Notes: generated from the sequence alone by a model not told the origin. A stretch of 64,000 nt of DNA from Lama guanicoe (GCA_013239625.1 MU053810.1:310001-374000); one strand, 5' to 3'. Positions 38,794 to 52,620 are shown, counted from the first letter of the stretch. Numbers and translations are program-made.

Positions 38794-41700
38794 GAACCGA
38801 GCCAAAGTTAAACAAAGCCTGTTCCAGCTGGTCCTTCTGTTCCAGGAATTGTCAACATCAGTCCGGCGGTTTGCTTGTTTTTCCCCTCACGCTCTCTGAA
38901 CAGACTGAAAATCACCTGCGCCAGGAAACTTTTTTCCCTCGGACTTTAGCAAATGCCCTTATGAGCTTTAGTGAGCTTTTATGAGCACAACCTTTCTCCT
39001 GGGCTTAACAAAACACACAGATGTTGTGTCACACCCACTCCCAGGCTCAGAGACATCTAGAAAGCGGCAACTAACTGGGAACAAGGAACACAGCACGATG
39101 GTCGCCAGGGAGTCTAAATTCTGGAGGCCAATGGGAAGCCTCACCTATTAAAATGAGACATGCTATATTTAATAACAGCTCCAGTAATGAGCTCTGAATC
39201 TCCCAATGGCTGAAAAAAAAAAAGTGGGCTTTTGGTGGAGCTGGTTGGTGGTAGAAACTTCAAGGTGATCTGAAACTAGAGGCAGCTTAAGGCAGTGCCT
39301 TCCATCTGAATGACAAAGGTAGCTGGCTGCATTCACCCACCCGTGTGCCTCTGATGGCAAAGGTTTGATAAATATTTTGATGAACTGACACTTGTTGGTA
39401 CTTATGCATGCCCTCCAGCCACACACTAAGGGTTTAGATAGAGTTACAATTCAGTGGGCATTTTATTGGTGCCCGAGTGTACAATCACGCCTGCTTCCTC
39501 TAGCGTGTTTCACCCTGCTTCCCACTGCGCTTTCCCGTACACGTATGATTTCATTACACCCTTTCCGACAGCCCAGGGAGGAACCCAGGGTAGGAGCATC
39601 ATCCCAATTTCACAGATAAACCAATCACACAGAGTTAACTCATGCAGCCTGTCCAGAGCACAGAGCTCCACACCCGCGTCGTTCAGACCTGCTCTTCCGG
39701 CTTCTTGCGGACGCTGCTGACTTGGTGAGAAACTAGAGACGGTTCCTTCTTAGGATTTACACGGTGGAGACAAGTCCCTCTGCCTATCCAGGGTTGGGGA
39801 TCCTTCTGTGTGGCCCCAGGGTTCTCTGTACTGCTGCAGGATGGAATCACCCGAAAAGTTGATTTTTTAAAAACACCAATGTGTGGGCACAACCCAGAGA
39901 TTCTGATCCAGCTGGACTGAAGTCGGGCTTGGACGTGTCTTGTTTTTTTAAGTTCCCCCAGGAGATTCTAATTTGCAGACACAGATGAAAGCCACTCGCC
40001 TGGAGGCCCTACCAGGTCATAAATATCTGGGTTGACTACAGCATTGGAGTGAAAATCCATAAAGGGTGGGAGGGAGGTGTTCAACTCCAAAACCTAGATT
40101 CACTGCCACCTACTGCACACTGCCGTTGGGAGATGGGGCAGATACCAATGACGAAAAATTCAAGCCTCTTTGTCGCAAAGCGGGCCATCGACTGCACATT
40201 TAAACCACACACACACTGTCACTGCTGAGAGAATGAAAAGTGAAGGTCAAACCATCCTGCTTCAAAATCCAGGTCTTTTGTAAAACCTCACCACCTGATC
40301 CTTTCCCTCCCTTGGTCTCCATTTCTCATCAGAGACCAGGGACTGCCTTTAAGGAATGAGAGATCTAGGGTATACACACTGCTGCTGAATGAAGGCTTCT
40401 CCAAGCTTGTTGGCCCTGCCCACCTGCAATCACCTGCATTCATGTTCACTGTCTTCCTGCAGAATGGATGCGCAGGAATTCAGGAAATGTCAAGCTGGTA
40501 AATCCATGTCCCCCACCCCGCATCCTGCAGAAGGCACCTCTGTGATTCATTCAGTGATGGCCAAAAGGGAATCACATGTCATTGGTGACTCTAGGGAAGG
40601 ACTGAATGACTGAGCGGTCTGGAGGCTGCCCTGGCAGCTGGTGGAGAAACCGGGACCACACTCCTCTTGCTCAAGGGTCCCAACGCTGCTTCACTAGTGT
40701 GCAGCCCCCTTAGCAAAAAGACATTCAATTCTCAGCTGTGCTTCTCAACGAAGGAGCACTTTTCTGGATGGATAATAGGAAGGTGAAAAGTGATCTTAAG
40801 ACAGCATTGGAGATGGCTTCAAAAAGCCCACATGGCTTCCCAAACTATCTTGAATTGAGCAGTGAGGCTCTTTGACTTTAGGTCACCAGGATACTGGGAT
40901 GCTGAAGGCTGGGGCTGGAGTTTAATTCAGGTTTTCCTTTACCCACAGATGATCTTTGAAAGTCTAAGCGTATTTCCTCCCCATGATAATGAAAGCAGAC
41001 AACACCACGGAATGTTAGTTTCAGCAATCCCAGCTTCCAAATGGAAATACACTCCCAGCCAGGGGCCCCGGCGGGTGTCTGCAGCAGAACTCGGGCTGCC
41101 ACTAGCCCAAGCAGGATGCCTTTGTGCCAATTTGAAAGAGCTGCCTTTTCTCTGGGTCCTCCAGTGGCCAGCAGCCTACAGAAATTGAAGCAGCTGCTGG
41201 ACTTAAATCAACCTCTTGTAGCTCTCACTCCCCTGTCATCCCTGGAAAAGCAACAAGAGAATTTCCCGGTGTTGGTAGGAAATCACTTTCTCGGTGGAAA
41301 CCAGTTGAGATTCCCTCTTCAGCACAACAGGCTTCATCTTGGTGAGCTGAAGCCTTCGCCCATTTGATGAACTGAAATGAAAGAGAACGGGTGCCTCGCT
41401 GTGGCTGGCGGAGGGTGGGGGGAGTCCCCTGTTTCTAAGGACAGAATCCTCAAAGCAACCACGCGGAGCAGGCAGACACCAGCTGAGCTGCCACAGAAAA
41501 ACTTACTTCCCCTGGACCATGGTTTCTGGGGTTTTCTGAGCCACTTCATTTCCTCCAGTGTCTATCAGCTTGAGGGATGAACCATGCACACTCCCCATGG
41601 GAACAAGAATCACAAGGAAATAGGGCTGCGAAAAAAGTCCAGATCACAGCCTTCCTCACTCTAGACAGGAAGGCATATTCCAACAGTGTCTGTATTTTCA

Positions 41701-41864
41701 ATATGTGCAAAAATTCATCCCTGTCTATCCTGAAAAATTCTGTTTCTTTTTAAACAATCTTTTTTTTAAACAAATAATATAAGCAGCATATTTAGAATCA
41801 CATTATTGAGTCAGCCTGGAATGGTGGAAAGACTTTTTTTTTTCCCTGTGTTCGCTTGTGGTTT

Positions 41865-42380
41865 GTTTTTTGTTTTGGGTAAGAGATGAGCTCTATCCTC
41901 TTAACACACTGTACAGTGTACAACATAGTTTTGTTAACTCCAGGTACACTGTTGTACAGCAGACCTCTAGGACTTATTCATCACATAACAGAAATGCTTA
42001 TTTCCATGGAAAAGCAACTCCTCATCTCTCCCTCCTCCAGCCCTCCCGACACACATCATTCCACTCTCTCCTTCCATGAGCCTATTTTAGACACCTCTCT
42101 ATGTAAGTGGAATCACACCATATTGGGCCTTCCGTGTCTGGCTCATTTCATCTTATGTCATGTCCTCTAAGTTCATCCATGTTGTTGCAAATGGCAGGGT
42201 TTGCTTCCTTTTTTAAGGCTGAATCATATTCCACTGTAGGTGTATACCAGATTTTCTTTATCGATTCAGCCATCGATGAACTTCTGGGTTGTTTCCACGT
42301 CGTGGTGGTTGTGAACAGTGGCACAGTGGGCGTGGGGTGCAAGCAGCTCTGGGAGATCCTGATTTCAATCCTTCTGATTT
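41865..42380 (-). mobile_element. L1 (L1MA-like) 3' fragment
   Basis: tgttgtacagcagacctctaggacttattcatc...tcatccatgttgttgcaaatggcagggtttgcttccttttttaaggctgaatcatattccactgt...gagatcctgatttcaatcctt. Confidence 0.85.
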
Positions 42381-43966
42381 CCTGAAAGCTTGTAATGAGG
42401 TGCTCAGCACTGTAACAAACAACCCCACTAAATTGTTTCCTCTATTAATTACTGTCGTTTCTTTGAAAAATGTTCCCAACTTTGCCTTTCTAGGGGGTCA
42501 CTGAAGAACTATTTTTTGCTTGCTTTTATTAATTCTACAGTTACTGAGCTGTGCAAGGAGCTCAGGATACAGTGTGACTGGAAGCAGGCAGGGTCCCCAC
42601 CATACTGGCCAGTGGTACCAAGTGCTGGGTGAGCAGGAGAGAGATGGCCTGGATCCTTCTGTTTACTCCTGTAAATAGTGTAGATAATCTTAAACATCCC
42701 AAGCACTGGCTCCTACATGATCTCTTCTGATCCTGGCAGTAGTCCCAGAAAACTAGCTGGACAGGCATAATACACCCATTGCACAAATGAGAAAATAAAG
42801 GCTTAGGATGTTCAGTGACTTGCCAGCCCTCACACATTTAGCACGTAGTAGAGCCTGGAATCAACTTAGACTCCCCTTTCTTCTAGTCTCTGACTCTCAT
42901 ACTAAAGAATGAATTCTGGGGTGCCCCTTCTTTGAGGGGGGAAATGGTCAATTCTCATATACATGTGATGTGATTGGGGCTGGAATGGTCTGGGGAGGGG
43001 GACGAGGAGGAAGACAGCTGTCTGAAATCACTGGTTCCACCAGAGCAGCCCTTCTCTGCTCCATCGTGTGTGGGTACGTGGTACACGCCAGAGCTTGCAG
43101 GGCTGGCCTGGATGAAGAACAAACAGCAATAAAGCCTCAAAGCACAGAAGAGGCTCGACTCGGCCGTGAGAAGCGTAATTATATTCTTGTGAAACAGACT
43201 CTGCCGCTGCCCCACTGGTTCTCACTCTTATTTATTCTTGGTCATGCGGCCGTGCTGAATAAGCACCGAAGGACAGACCCTGCTTTCGAAGAGCACAGCT
43301 CCGGCTTCTCTGTGAGCCAAGGAAGTGGCCAGATGGACTACCAGGAAAAGTCCCATCCAGAAAGCAGAGACCAATCTTCCTGACGCTGTAACATTTGGAA
43401 GATTTCGCCCACCTTCGAGAAGCTTCTACATCACAGTTTTATTGCCTAATTTAAAATGACAGACCAGACATGACTGGATCTCTGCCTTCCTACTCCACAC
43501 TGTGCTTGCAGAAGAATGTTCATTTCCCTGGTACCTGGGGAGAAAAGAGGTCCAGGAGCTCTCACCCAATAACAAGTTCAGTCCTTCAAGACCCTTGAGA
43601 GTTTACATGTCCTCATGTCCAGAGGGACACCACGTACCTGCATGCCATCAACCTTGACATTGGCCCCACCATCACGCACCCTCCCCGCTCACATGTCCCA
43701 TGCTCTTGCTGCTTCTGCAGCCCTCAGGATGTGATGGGGGTAATAACAATCATAAAACATCTCAAAAAGGATCAGCCATCCAGAAAAAAACAAAAGCACA
43801 CCTCAGACTAAGGAACAAGATGGTGATGACCGTTCTGCCTCCTTTGGAAGCAGGGAGAGGTGAAGCCCGTGCTCAGGCATGCTGCTCCGTTGCCATCAAC
43901 CACTGAAAGTCCCCAACCAGTGAGGCTTCTGCCCTGCCTCCGAGAAAGATGTGGGCCCACACCTCC

Positions 43967-44416
43967 TGTAACTAAGCAGGACCCTACAGTGGCAGGGGGT
44001 GGGAGGGTGCTTCCTGGGACAGACCCCTCCCCCATAACCTCTGCTGTCCCCTCTCTGAAGGACCCAGATAATGGCAGCTAAGGCAGATTTCCTGAGTTTT
44101 TCAGATGCTGAAAACCACCACCACATACAAGAAATTAACTACTTGATGATCATGAGCACGTGGCCCCCAGACCTTCTGGTGCCTGAGGACTGAGCACCAT
44201 CAACCAATCAGAACTATGCGCAGCTGATCACAGACCCCGGGACGCCCCTCCCTCGGCTGAATCCCTTTGGGGAGTTGGTGGGGGGCATGGCCACGAGCCA
44301 CCTGTTCTCTCCTTGCTTGGCCCTGCAGTAAAGCCTTTCTCTGTTCCAAACGCTGACGTTTTGGTATTTTTTTGGCCTCACTGTGCATTGGGCACATGAA
44401 CTTGCATTCAGTAATG
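43967..44416 (+). mobile_element. ERV1-like solo LTR
   Basis: Starts TGTAAC, contains a CCAAT box (aaccaatcag) and a variant poly(A) signal agtaaa, and ends cattcagtaatg. 4-bp TSD-like flanks ctcc / ctca. Confidence 0.7.
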
Positions 44417-45301
44417 CTCAGGAGAGGAGCAGAAGGGACGTGCATACAGGGCAGGGTCAGGTAACCCAAGGCTGTGCCTCCAGAACTCGGGGAGAACCTG
44501 GGAGGGAAGAGGAGAGGACGAAGTGGCTGGCAGGGTCTTCGATGGGTCACGTTCCCAGAGGCTCGCAAACCCAGCCGCTCCAGGTCTGGTTAACATTCTC
44601 CAGCTAATGCAGGACAGCCAGATACCTACAGGACCCTCCTTCTGTATCAGAGCCAGCCAGATGCCCTCACACAGGAAGTTCACGTCTTCTTGAGAAACAC
44701 CAACTGTCCCAAGGCCGGTGTTCTGTCTGCTTACTGTTCTGAACTTGGACTTTTTAACCCCATGCCTTTAACAGCACAGCAAAACGAGAGAAATATTCTA
44801 GTATGACCTTCCATCCTCCAGACCACCCTGCAGGAGCCGCAGACCTAACTCTGAAAGCCTGGCCCCAAAACAGAGAAAAGAAAACTGTTCTGTTAGGAAA
44901 CACAAAACAAAAATATCAGAATAAGTCATTATGTCAGTCAGTCCGCCAGCAAATGCATTTATTCATCAGGGTGCAGCCAGCCCAGCTCAGTTGGGCCTTA
45001 CATGAATTTTCTGTCTCGCGATAAAATCTTGTTCTGTTCCCAAGTGTCCCCCACTTCTCCCCATCACCTGCTCCTGCCAATACCCCTTCTCTCCTTCTCT
45101 CCCCATCCTCCCCTCCCTGGTTAAAAGCATGCCAGGCCTCCAGATGGCTGTGACACACACCGCCCAGAGGGTACTAGCCTGGAACCTGGCTCTCAGGAGT
45201 TGTTTTTGGTTCACGCATCTCATTGAACGTATTTAAATACATTATATGCAGCCACCTGGCTGCACAGGCCGGAGACACAATCGCTCCTCCCTCTAGCCCA
45301 G

Positions 45302-45492
45302 CCGCGCGCACGCACACACACATGCAAACATACATATACACATACACATATGTGTACATGTCCACATGCATACATCCACATACACATGCACACACATACA
45401 CATACACTCATGCAGACATAACACACATACACATATATACACATGCACCCACATATGTGCATATTTGCACACACACAAACACACACACACAC
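45302..45492 (+). repeat. Degenerate (CA/TA/CG)n alternating purine-pyrimidine tract
   Basis: About 190 nt: cgcgcgcacgcacacacacatgcaaacatacatatacacatac...acacacacac. Confidence 0.9.
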
Positions 45493-46033
45493 TCAGGGCA
45501 GAGCGGAGGAAGCCTGCACCACAGTACAGACTGGAATACATCCACTCTCGCAGCAAAGACGGGCTCCAAGGAGAAAGGACTCAGGCACACACAGGTCTCC
45601 AAGCACCAGCTAGGCCTTGGTCCAAGGCCCTCCTCCGTTCCAGTGCCCTTCAAATCTCCCTTCCTCCATCCCTGCTCCCAGTGCCAGGGTCAGAATGCCC
45701 AGTTCCATGGAACCTGAGTTGCCATCTTGGGAGCAAAGCCAAGTCCTTGGCTCAGGAGAACATGTCTCAGGGTCCACCACTGGGATCACAGCCTGCTCTG
45801 TGCTTCCCGATGGGGCCTTGGGTGGGTTACTGTTCGTCTCCGTTCCCACTGCCTGCTCTGTAAAATGCTGGTAAAGACCTGTGCCGGTATTAAGAGGACA
45901 GAATGTGATCCTCATGTGACACTTAGGACAGGACCTACCCAATAAGGGTGGTGAACCAGACACTAGCCTGCCTGCACCCATTTCTCATATGGGCAAACTG
46001 AGACCAGATCCCTGCTGTTGTTGCAGCAAAGTA

Positions 46034-46480
46034 TGTTACAGCTCAGTGTTACAGCTCAGTGTTATAACTCAGTTGTGACAGCAACCTGGATCCAGGCGAG
46101 AGACCAAGCAGCACTCGGTGGGGTGGAGAACTCAGGTTTATTACGCTGGCGGGCCGGGAGGAGTTAACACTCCAAGCTCTGGACCCCGTCTGTAGGTTTA
46201 CACAGGCTTTTATAGGCTACCAGTCTAGATTTTGCAACATTTTGTAACATCACATGTAAATAAGTTATAACAAAGGTGACTAATTAGGAACAAGCTTTGT
46301 AGAAATGCACCAATCAGGAGTTAGCTCAAGGAACCAACAGAATCTTAGGAGTAAGTTCTGCTTTCCTAGAAGTAAGCCATTTCATAGTTTAAAAAGTGAG
46401 ATAATGCCGCAGGGCCAGGGAACCGAATGGTGCCGGCAGGAGGGTAGTGGCCCTGCCTAGGGGTCCTGCCGTCTTTTTCA
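46034..46480 (-). mobile_element. ERV (gammaretrovirus-like) solo LTR, same orientation as CAMK1D
   Basis: Minus strand starts TGAAAAAG, then a CCAAT box (46310-46314), TATAAAA (46208-46214), AATAAA (46137-46142) and ends ...TAACA. Three 13-bp tgttacagctcag-type repeats lie at the U5 end. TSD not resolved, so the left boundary is uncertain. Confidence 0.7.
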
Positions 46481-46974
46481 AAGGGCTTCCCATCTCACTG
46501 CCAATGTTCCTTCCAGCTTTCCTAACGTACTGCTGTCTGATTCTCCACCTGCTGCAGCGCCGCCCCGCCGTGGAGTCTCCTGACATCAGACTAGCCTTTC
46601 TCATACCCATCTCACTCACCCGTGTCAGGAAATCTTCCTGAAACCCTGTGTCCATCATGGCATTACTCTGTCCCAGAGTCTGCACCACACTTTGCTACCT
46701 TACAGTCCACGCTCCCCCTACGGGCTGGTCTTCCCAGCAGCCTGCTTACTCCACACCCACTCCTCCCTCAAAGCCTGGACCGGTTCCAGGGGCTCCCTTT
46801 CCCTTCCCTCCTCCAGGGGCCTGAATTCTATTCCGGTTCACAGTCGGTCCAGCCTCCCCTGAGACCTCCGCTCAGTGGGCTCCCCCCACCCCGTGCCTGT
46901 CCTGTTGGCACAGCTCACCTCAGCGATATTGCACCTGGCCCACCAGCATCACAGCACTTCGGAGGATAGACGCT

Positions 46975-47148
46975 TAGGTTCCTCAGGGTCAGCGCGACTA
47001 ACACTGGGTTGGATTGTTCTTTGTCATGAGGGCTCCCCTGTGTGTTGCAGGGTGTTTAGCATCCCTACCCACCAGACACCAGTAGGGGCCCGCACAACCT
47101 CCAAATGTCCCCTGGGGGGCAAAATCACCCCCAATGGAGAATCACCTG
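46975..47148. mobile_element. MER20 hAT-Charlie fossil
   Basis: ttctttgtcatgagggctcccctgtgtgttgcagggtgtttagcatccctacccaccagacaccagtag...ccaaatgtcccctggggggcaaaatcaccccc. Confidence 0.8.
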
Positions 47149-48194
47149 GATATACTACCTCTTTAATTAACCCATTAGCTCCTAGAGAACAGGCCACTAT
47201 TGTTTTTTACTTTTTTAACTTTAATTTTTTTAATTGAAGTATGGTCAATTTAAATGTTGCGTCAATTTCTACAGCATAAGGCCCATGTTATTTTATTTTT
47301 TATTTCCTCCCAGCACCTAGCACAGGGCTGTGCACACAACAGATACTTGCACGGAAATGCTTGCCGGAATGAGTACGGGACTAGGGACACAGCAGGGCAA
47401 CATTGGGGAACAGCACTTAGCACCGGGCAATGCATGTGCCCAGGTAAACCAAGACTTGAGCATCCGTAAGGTCCCCCCATGCCCCTTACTATGTTATAAA
47501 CAAGAACCAGATTTTCTGACTCGCTCTACCCCTTAGTAAATTTTAGCCAGCAGATAATGCTTTGAATACAGTAGCACCCAACAAAAGATTGAAGAATTAA
47601 TATATTTGACCCCAGGGCACCGTTTGTAGAAAAAAATTAGTGTGGCTATCATGTTTCCAAATCCCCTGTGTTTCCTTCATCACTGTGTGAGCAGCATGGC
47701 TTTGAGCTGAGAAACCGTGTAGGGTAGAGAGAGGTGTTTGGGCTCCGGGCTCAGGTAAGCATGGGTGTGGGTGCCAGATACGCCAGTGATTAGCCCAGAT
47801 GGCTTTGATGAGGGGCCTCTGGGACCTTCAGTTTCATCATCTGTGAAGGGAGAAATAAAATGCCAGCCACCAAAAGGTTACTGTGAGGCTTCACCAAGGG
47901 GATCTATGACAAAGTATTTCCATACCAGCCATTTAATAACAGGAGAATTTCCTCCTGTTTGGACTAGCTCGAGAATTCACCCATGATATTTCTCATCAAC
48001 AAAATGTGAGGTGAACTTGATTGATGCTTTACCAAGAATCCATAGGTTGGTGTCTGTGAAAAGAAAGAATGACTAGAGGCCAGAATGGCAGAATGTCCCC
48101 AGCCACTGCTGGTAGACAATCTCTCTAAATGTGTCCAAAGTCACCAGGGGAAGGGGTGGTGCCAGGTCTCAAAGCCTGGTCTTTTCCTGCTACA

Positions 48195-48695
48195 CAGACT
48201 CACCTTGGAGATACTGCAGGTTAGTTTCCAGCCCCTGAACTCAACTGAATACCGCAATAAAGAGAGTCACAACAACGTTTTTGGTTTCCCAGTGCATATA
48301 AAAGTTATGTTTACACTCTAGTCTATTAAGAGTGCAGTAGCATTATGTCTAAATAAACAATGCACATACCATAACTAAAAATACTTTCTTGTTAAAAAAT
48401 GCTAACCATCACCTTCAAGGAGTCATAATCTTTTTGCAATAGTGACATCAAAGATTACTGATCACAGATCACCATTTCAAAGATGCTAATAATGGGAAGG
48501 TCAGAAATCTGGCGAGAATTCCCACAATGTGACACAGAGACATAAAGTCAGCAAACATTGTTGGAAAACGGTGCCAACAGACTTGCTCGACGCAGGGTTG
48601 CCAGAAACCTTCAGTTTGTAAAAAACAAACAAACAAAAAAAAACACTATCTGCAGAGTACCATAAAGCAAAGTGCGTTCGGGCAAGGTCTGCCTG
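48195..48695 (-). mobile_element. Internally deleted Tigger1 derivative, copy 2
   Basis: cagactcaccttggagatactgcagg ... ggtctgcctg|TA; collinear with 22881-23485 once the SINE is removed. Confidence 0.85.
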
Positions 48696-51224
48696 TACAT
48701 CCCACTTGGTCTGTCACTGGGAAGGCAGGTCACAGCAATGGCAGTGACAGCAAAGGCTCCTCCAGTCCCACTGGAGAAAGGCTTCCAAGCTGGTTGCCTG
48801 TCCCCATCAGAGAAGATGCTGGGTGATGCTGGGCCTCATCTACCTCTGTGCTCAGTGAGGTCTAGAAGCAGGTGAGCACACCTGGACAGGTGCACAAGGG
48901 AATGATTCTGCTCCAGAAGAGAAAGGAAGAAGGTACGTGACTTTCTTTCCCTTGCCCTCCTCCCTGTCCTCCATCCTCCACGCAGCCAAAACCACATCCT
49001 CTCTGGGCATCCTGGCTTTGCCATGGTCTTACTAAATGACCCGTGGAAGGTTCTTCTTCCTGTAATTCCTTCTCCTCAAACAGACCCTGGGCAGCGCCAG
49101 TCTGTCCCGGTGCACCTGGGAGGGGTTCTGGAACGGTACACCAGCCTTGGCAGAGGCACCCTGTTATGTTATGTAACAGGGCTGTTAACGCCCATTGGTG
49201 CCCCGTGAGAGCTCCTCAAAGTCTGACTGCTCCAGGGCAGAGAACCGGCCCGTGATGCTACGTTCTGCTCTCCCTGGTCTGCTCTAAAGCCCCACCTCTC
49301 TCAAGCCCATTTGTTGAAGAAAACAGAAGGGAAAAATAGCCCCTGTTTGTGTTGTCCCAACCAAATCCTAGCATAAAACCCCACGTGTGCCACCCCCCAG
49401 ACAGAGTCCCCTGGGGAGAGACTCAGATTTGGGGGGAGAATCAATCCCGATGCCTCAGGGCCAACACCATGAACATGTTTGTTTCTGCTCTCGCCTCTTG
49501 ACATGTCTTTCTTTTTTCCATTTTCTTTTTTTTTCAGAAGCCACTGGAGGGGAAGAAAATCATGAAATATGCATGCAGATATGGATTGTGGGCAGCAAGG
49601 ATAAAGGAGACCGGTTCTTATCAGAATGAGAAAAGAGGTGGAGGCTGCTGGCCGGGAAACCAGACCCAGAATCATCCAGCCCAGCCGCAGCTTAGCCAAG
49701 GTTATCAGTCACCCTAAACGACCTGCTCAGTTCAGCTCTAAGTACTGAGGTAAATTAAAAAAAAAAAAAAAGGACAATATATGGAAGAACTGCTGGGGAA
49801 GTTTTTATTTACCCCATCTCCTTTCTATCCTTGTATCCACACCCACTAAATCGACTAATAATATAAATGATAATAAAAGCACCAAGTTTGATATGGATGC
49901 CAAAAAAAAAAAAAAAGGAACTTGTAGAAGCCAAGAAAGGAGACTTCAGGTATGACCCAAGGCAAGTCTTTGGCAATCAATGACTTCATTTATCCACTGC
50001 TAAAACTGTGCATGGATATCTGCTACCTAAATGCTAGTGCAAAAATTGACAGAAATCCTTCACTTAGATGACATGCCACAAAAGACAAAGGTTCCCCACC
50101 CAAAGCAAGGCAGGACCATTACTGTTTCTCTTTGCTCCTCGTTCATCGCTGGATCACAAAGGACTGAACGCATCCCAGCACGCTCAGATGTAAGGAAGTA
50201 GGGTGTCCAACAGCAGCAATGACCTGGTGTTTTCCTGGGGCTCCAAGACTGGCTTAGAGCCTTAATTGGGTCGTTTCCCATCTCCTCTCCACCTCAGAGA
50301 TCATCTCCCTCAACGCTCCTCACCACCCAGCTCCAGTCCGGAAGCCAGAGTCTCTTTGTGGTTTCATCCCACTCACCAAACACCTGCCTTCCAGCCTCTA
50401 ATGACCTCAATGATGGGAATGAACTCAATGCTTCCTTTGAGTTTGCGGTCCCTTTCTTCACAAGCCAGGTTTTCTTTGAGTTGGAAACTGGGCACATCAG
50501 GGGATACGCAGTTTTGCTATACGTTAGTCAAGGAGTTCCTGGATACACTCTGTTACCAGAACCTCCCTACCAGCCTAAGGCCTCCCCCACTGGATAACCC
50601 CAGTCGAGGCTGGTCTCAGATGCTCACTCGAGAGCCCCTTCCTTGTGGCTCAGGCTGCAGTCCTGGACCCTGCAGCCCTCTGCTTCCCAAGCATCGCACG
50701 TCTCCATCACCCTGACATCGGCCCCAGTCTGCTCGTGCCTGTTTTCTCTCCTTCTGCCCACCCTTCCCCATCCCACTCAGAGAAATATACTCCTGAGCAG
50801 CCTTCGTCTCTTGTCTCAGCCTAGTACTTTCCAGACTAACCACCCAATTTGTCGTTTCTTGCCACTCCCTAGCCTTAAGTTTTGTCAATTTTCATAACCC
50901 AGGCTTTGGCGAAATTATCATGTCCCTTTCAACGCCAGTCATTTCTAGTACAGATAGAAAGTTGAAGGTAATTTCTTAGAGTTAGAAAAATAGCATTTGC
51001 TAAGTTTAAGCAAACAGCGTTTATACTTCTGGTCTTGATAAACAAGTACATTCTAATTCTTAAAGCTAATAGAATTTAAGTCCATACGAACCACAAAAAA
51101 AAAAAACTACAATTGTTTGCAAATGCTATGAATGGATTGTTTCCACCATATTCACAGCTGAAGTCTGTTGCCATTAGCTAGTATCTCCTTCTCTGGGGAG
51201 AAAGTTCCTGAATTCAAGCCCTCA

Positions 51225-51525
51225 GAACAGAGACTCCATTTCCCATCCCCTCTTGGCCTCTCAGCTCTGGCCAGTTCACATGTACCTTTGGCCCCATTTT
51301 CTGTCTCTTCCTTCATTCTGCTGCCTGGGACATGGATCCCCCCTTTCTGGAGCATGAACTCAAGGCCACACCAGGCAGAGCAACAAACTGGAAGCAGCTT
51401 GGGTCCCTGACACCATGAACTCACACCAGGGCTTGTACAAGAGAGAAACAGCCTCTATCTTGTTTCACTCACAGCTGTCTGTCATTTTCTATGCCTTGCA
51501 GCCAACCTTAATCTTAACCGATAAT
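51225..51525 (+). mobile_element. Old MaLR LTR fragment
   Basis: cttcattctgctgcctgggacatggat...gaagcagcttgggtccctgacaccatg...gagagaaacagcctctatcttgttt...tgcagccaaccttaatcttaac. Confidence 0.5.
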
Positions 51526-52620
51526 GTCATTAAAGAGTCTGAAGTTTTAAACCTGGACATGAACTTCATAAAGACATTAACAACCAAGTTAATTTACTAA
51601 GACACCTGTCCCACATCCTTTAGCAGACAAAGGAACACCGAAGCAAACACAGATGTTTAAAAGGACATTTAAGAAGGAAGAGGCTTTTCCTACAGGGAAT
51701 ATCTTTCTCCAATTTTAAAAATCTTTCATTAAATCCTTGACAGATGACAATAAATCATCTCATACATTCTTTCTGTGTTCCTCTAGTGTAACATATTGGG
51801 AGTGTTTCCATCCCTTCAAAATTGCCTAAATATTTATTCCTTAACTTTCCGAAGGACATAAAACCTTAAGTGAGTCAGACACCCAAATGAACCATTCTGA
51901 CATCCTGCATCTCTTGGGAGAGCTAAATATTTGCTCCCTTAACTGGAAAAAAAAAAGTCTTATATTTTAGAAACAGACCTTTTTTTTTTTTTCAAAAAAA
52001 AGTGGAAAGAACTGACCCACTAAAGCCTTGGATACATGGAAAAGGTGTATCATTGTTTGAAGTAATTGTAAACATTCCTTGGTAACCTTTGGTTCATTCT
52101 AAACAGTCACAAAATTCATGTCTCATTGTGTCGTTCATTACTATAAAGTCATGTGTACGTATGACAGTTAGAAGAAACCATTATTTGTCTGCATCTGGGA
52201 ATGTTTTAGGCAGTAAAAAAAGTTGAAGGCATTTTCCTTTCTCATAAACAGCATCGACTTTCACTGGGGCAACAAATTTTGTTGTGAGAAATTCACAAGA
52301 GTGAAAAAAAGATGTGCTTGCTTTGGAAGGAACCAGAATCTAAGTTTTCAGCTCAGAAGTTCACAGTTTACTTTCTTTTTTTCCGCATTGCAGGATTTTG
52401 ACAGTGATTTTTTAATCCTAAAAGAGATTTTCACCTGAAACAGAAATTCCATTTCCAAGACACTCTAAGCCCAATGACTTCTTGTGTATGTTTAGAATCA
52501 GTTTTTTTTTTTCCACTAGATCTCAAACTCAAAACAGTGAGATAGCTCTTAATCAACCAGACCAATGAAGGTGAAAAGTGACAACAAAATCTGAGGCCAC
52601 AGCAAGTACAAAAGTGAATT

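Noticed and set aside
45174..45863. Several His/Thr- and Val/Cys-rich ORFs
   Set aside because: Translations of the CA/TG simple repeat.
46034..46072. 13-bp repeats as a possible CRISPR-like array
   Set aside because: Head-to-tail units with no spacers, inside an LTR in mammalian DNA.
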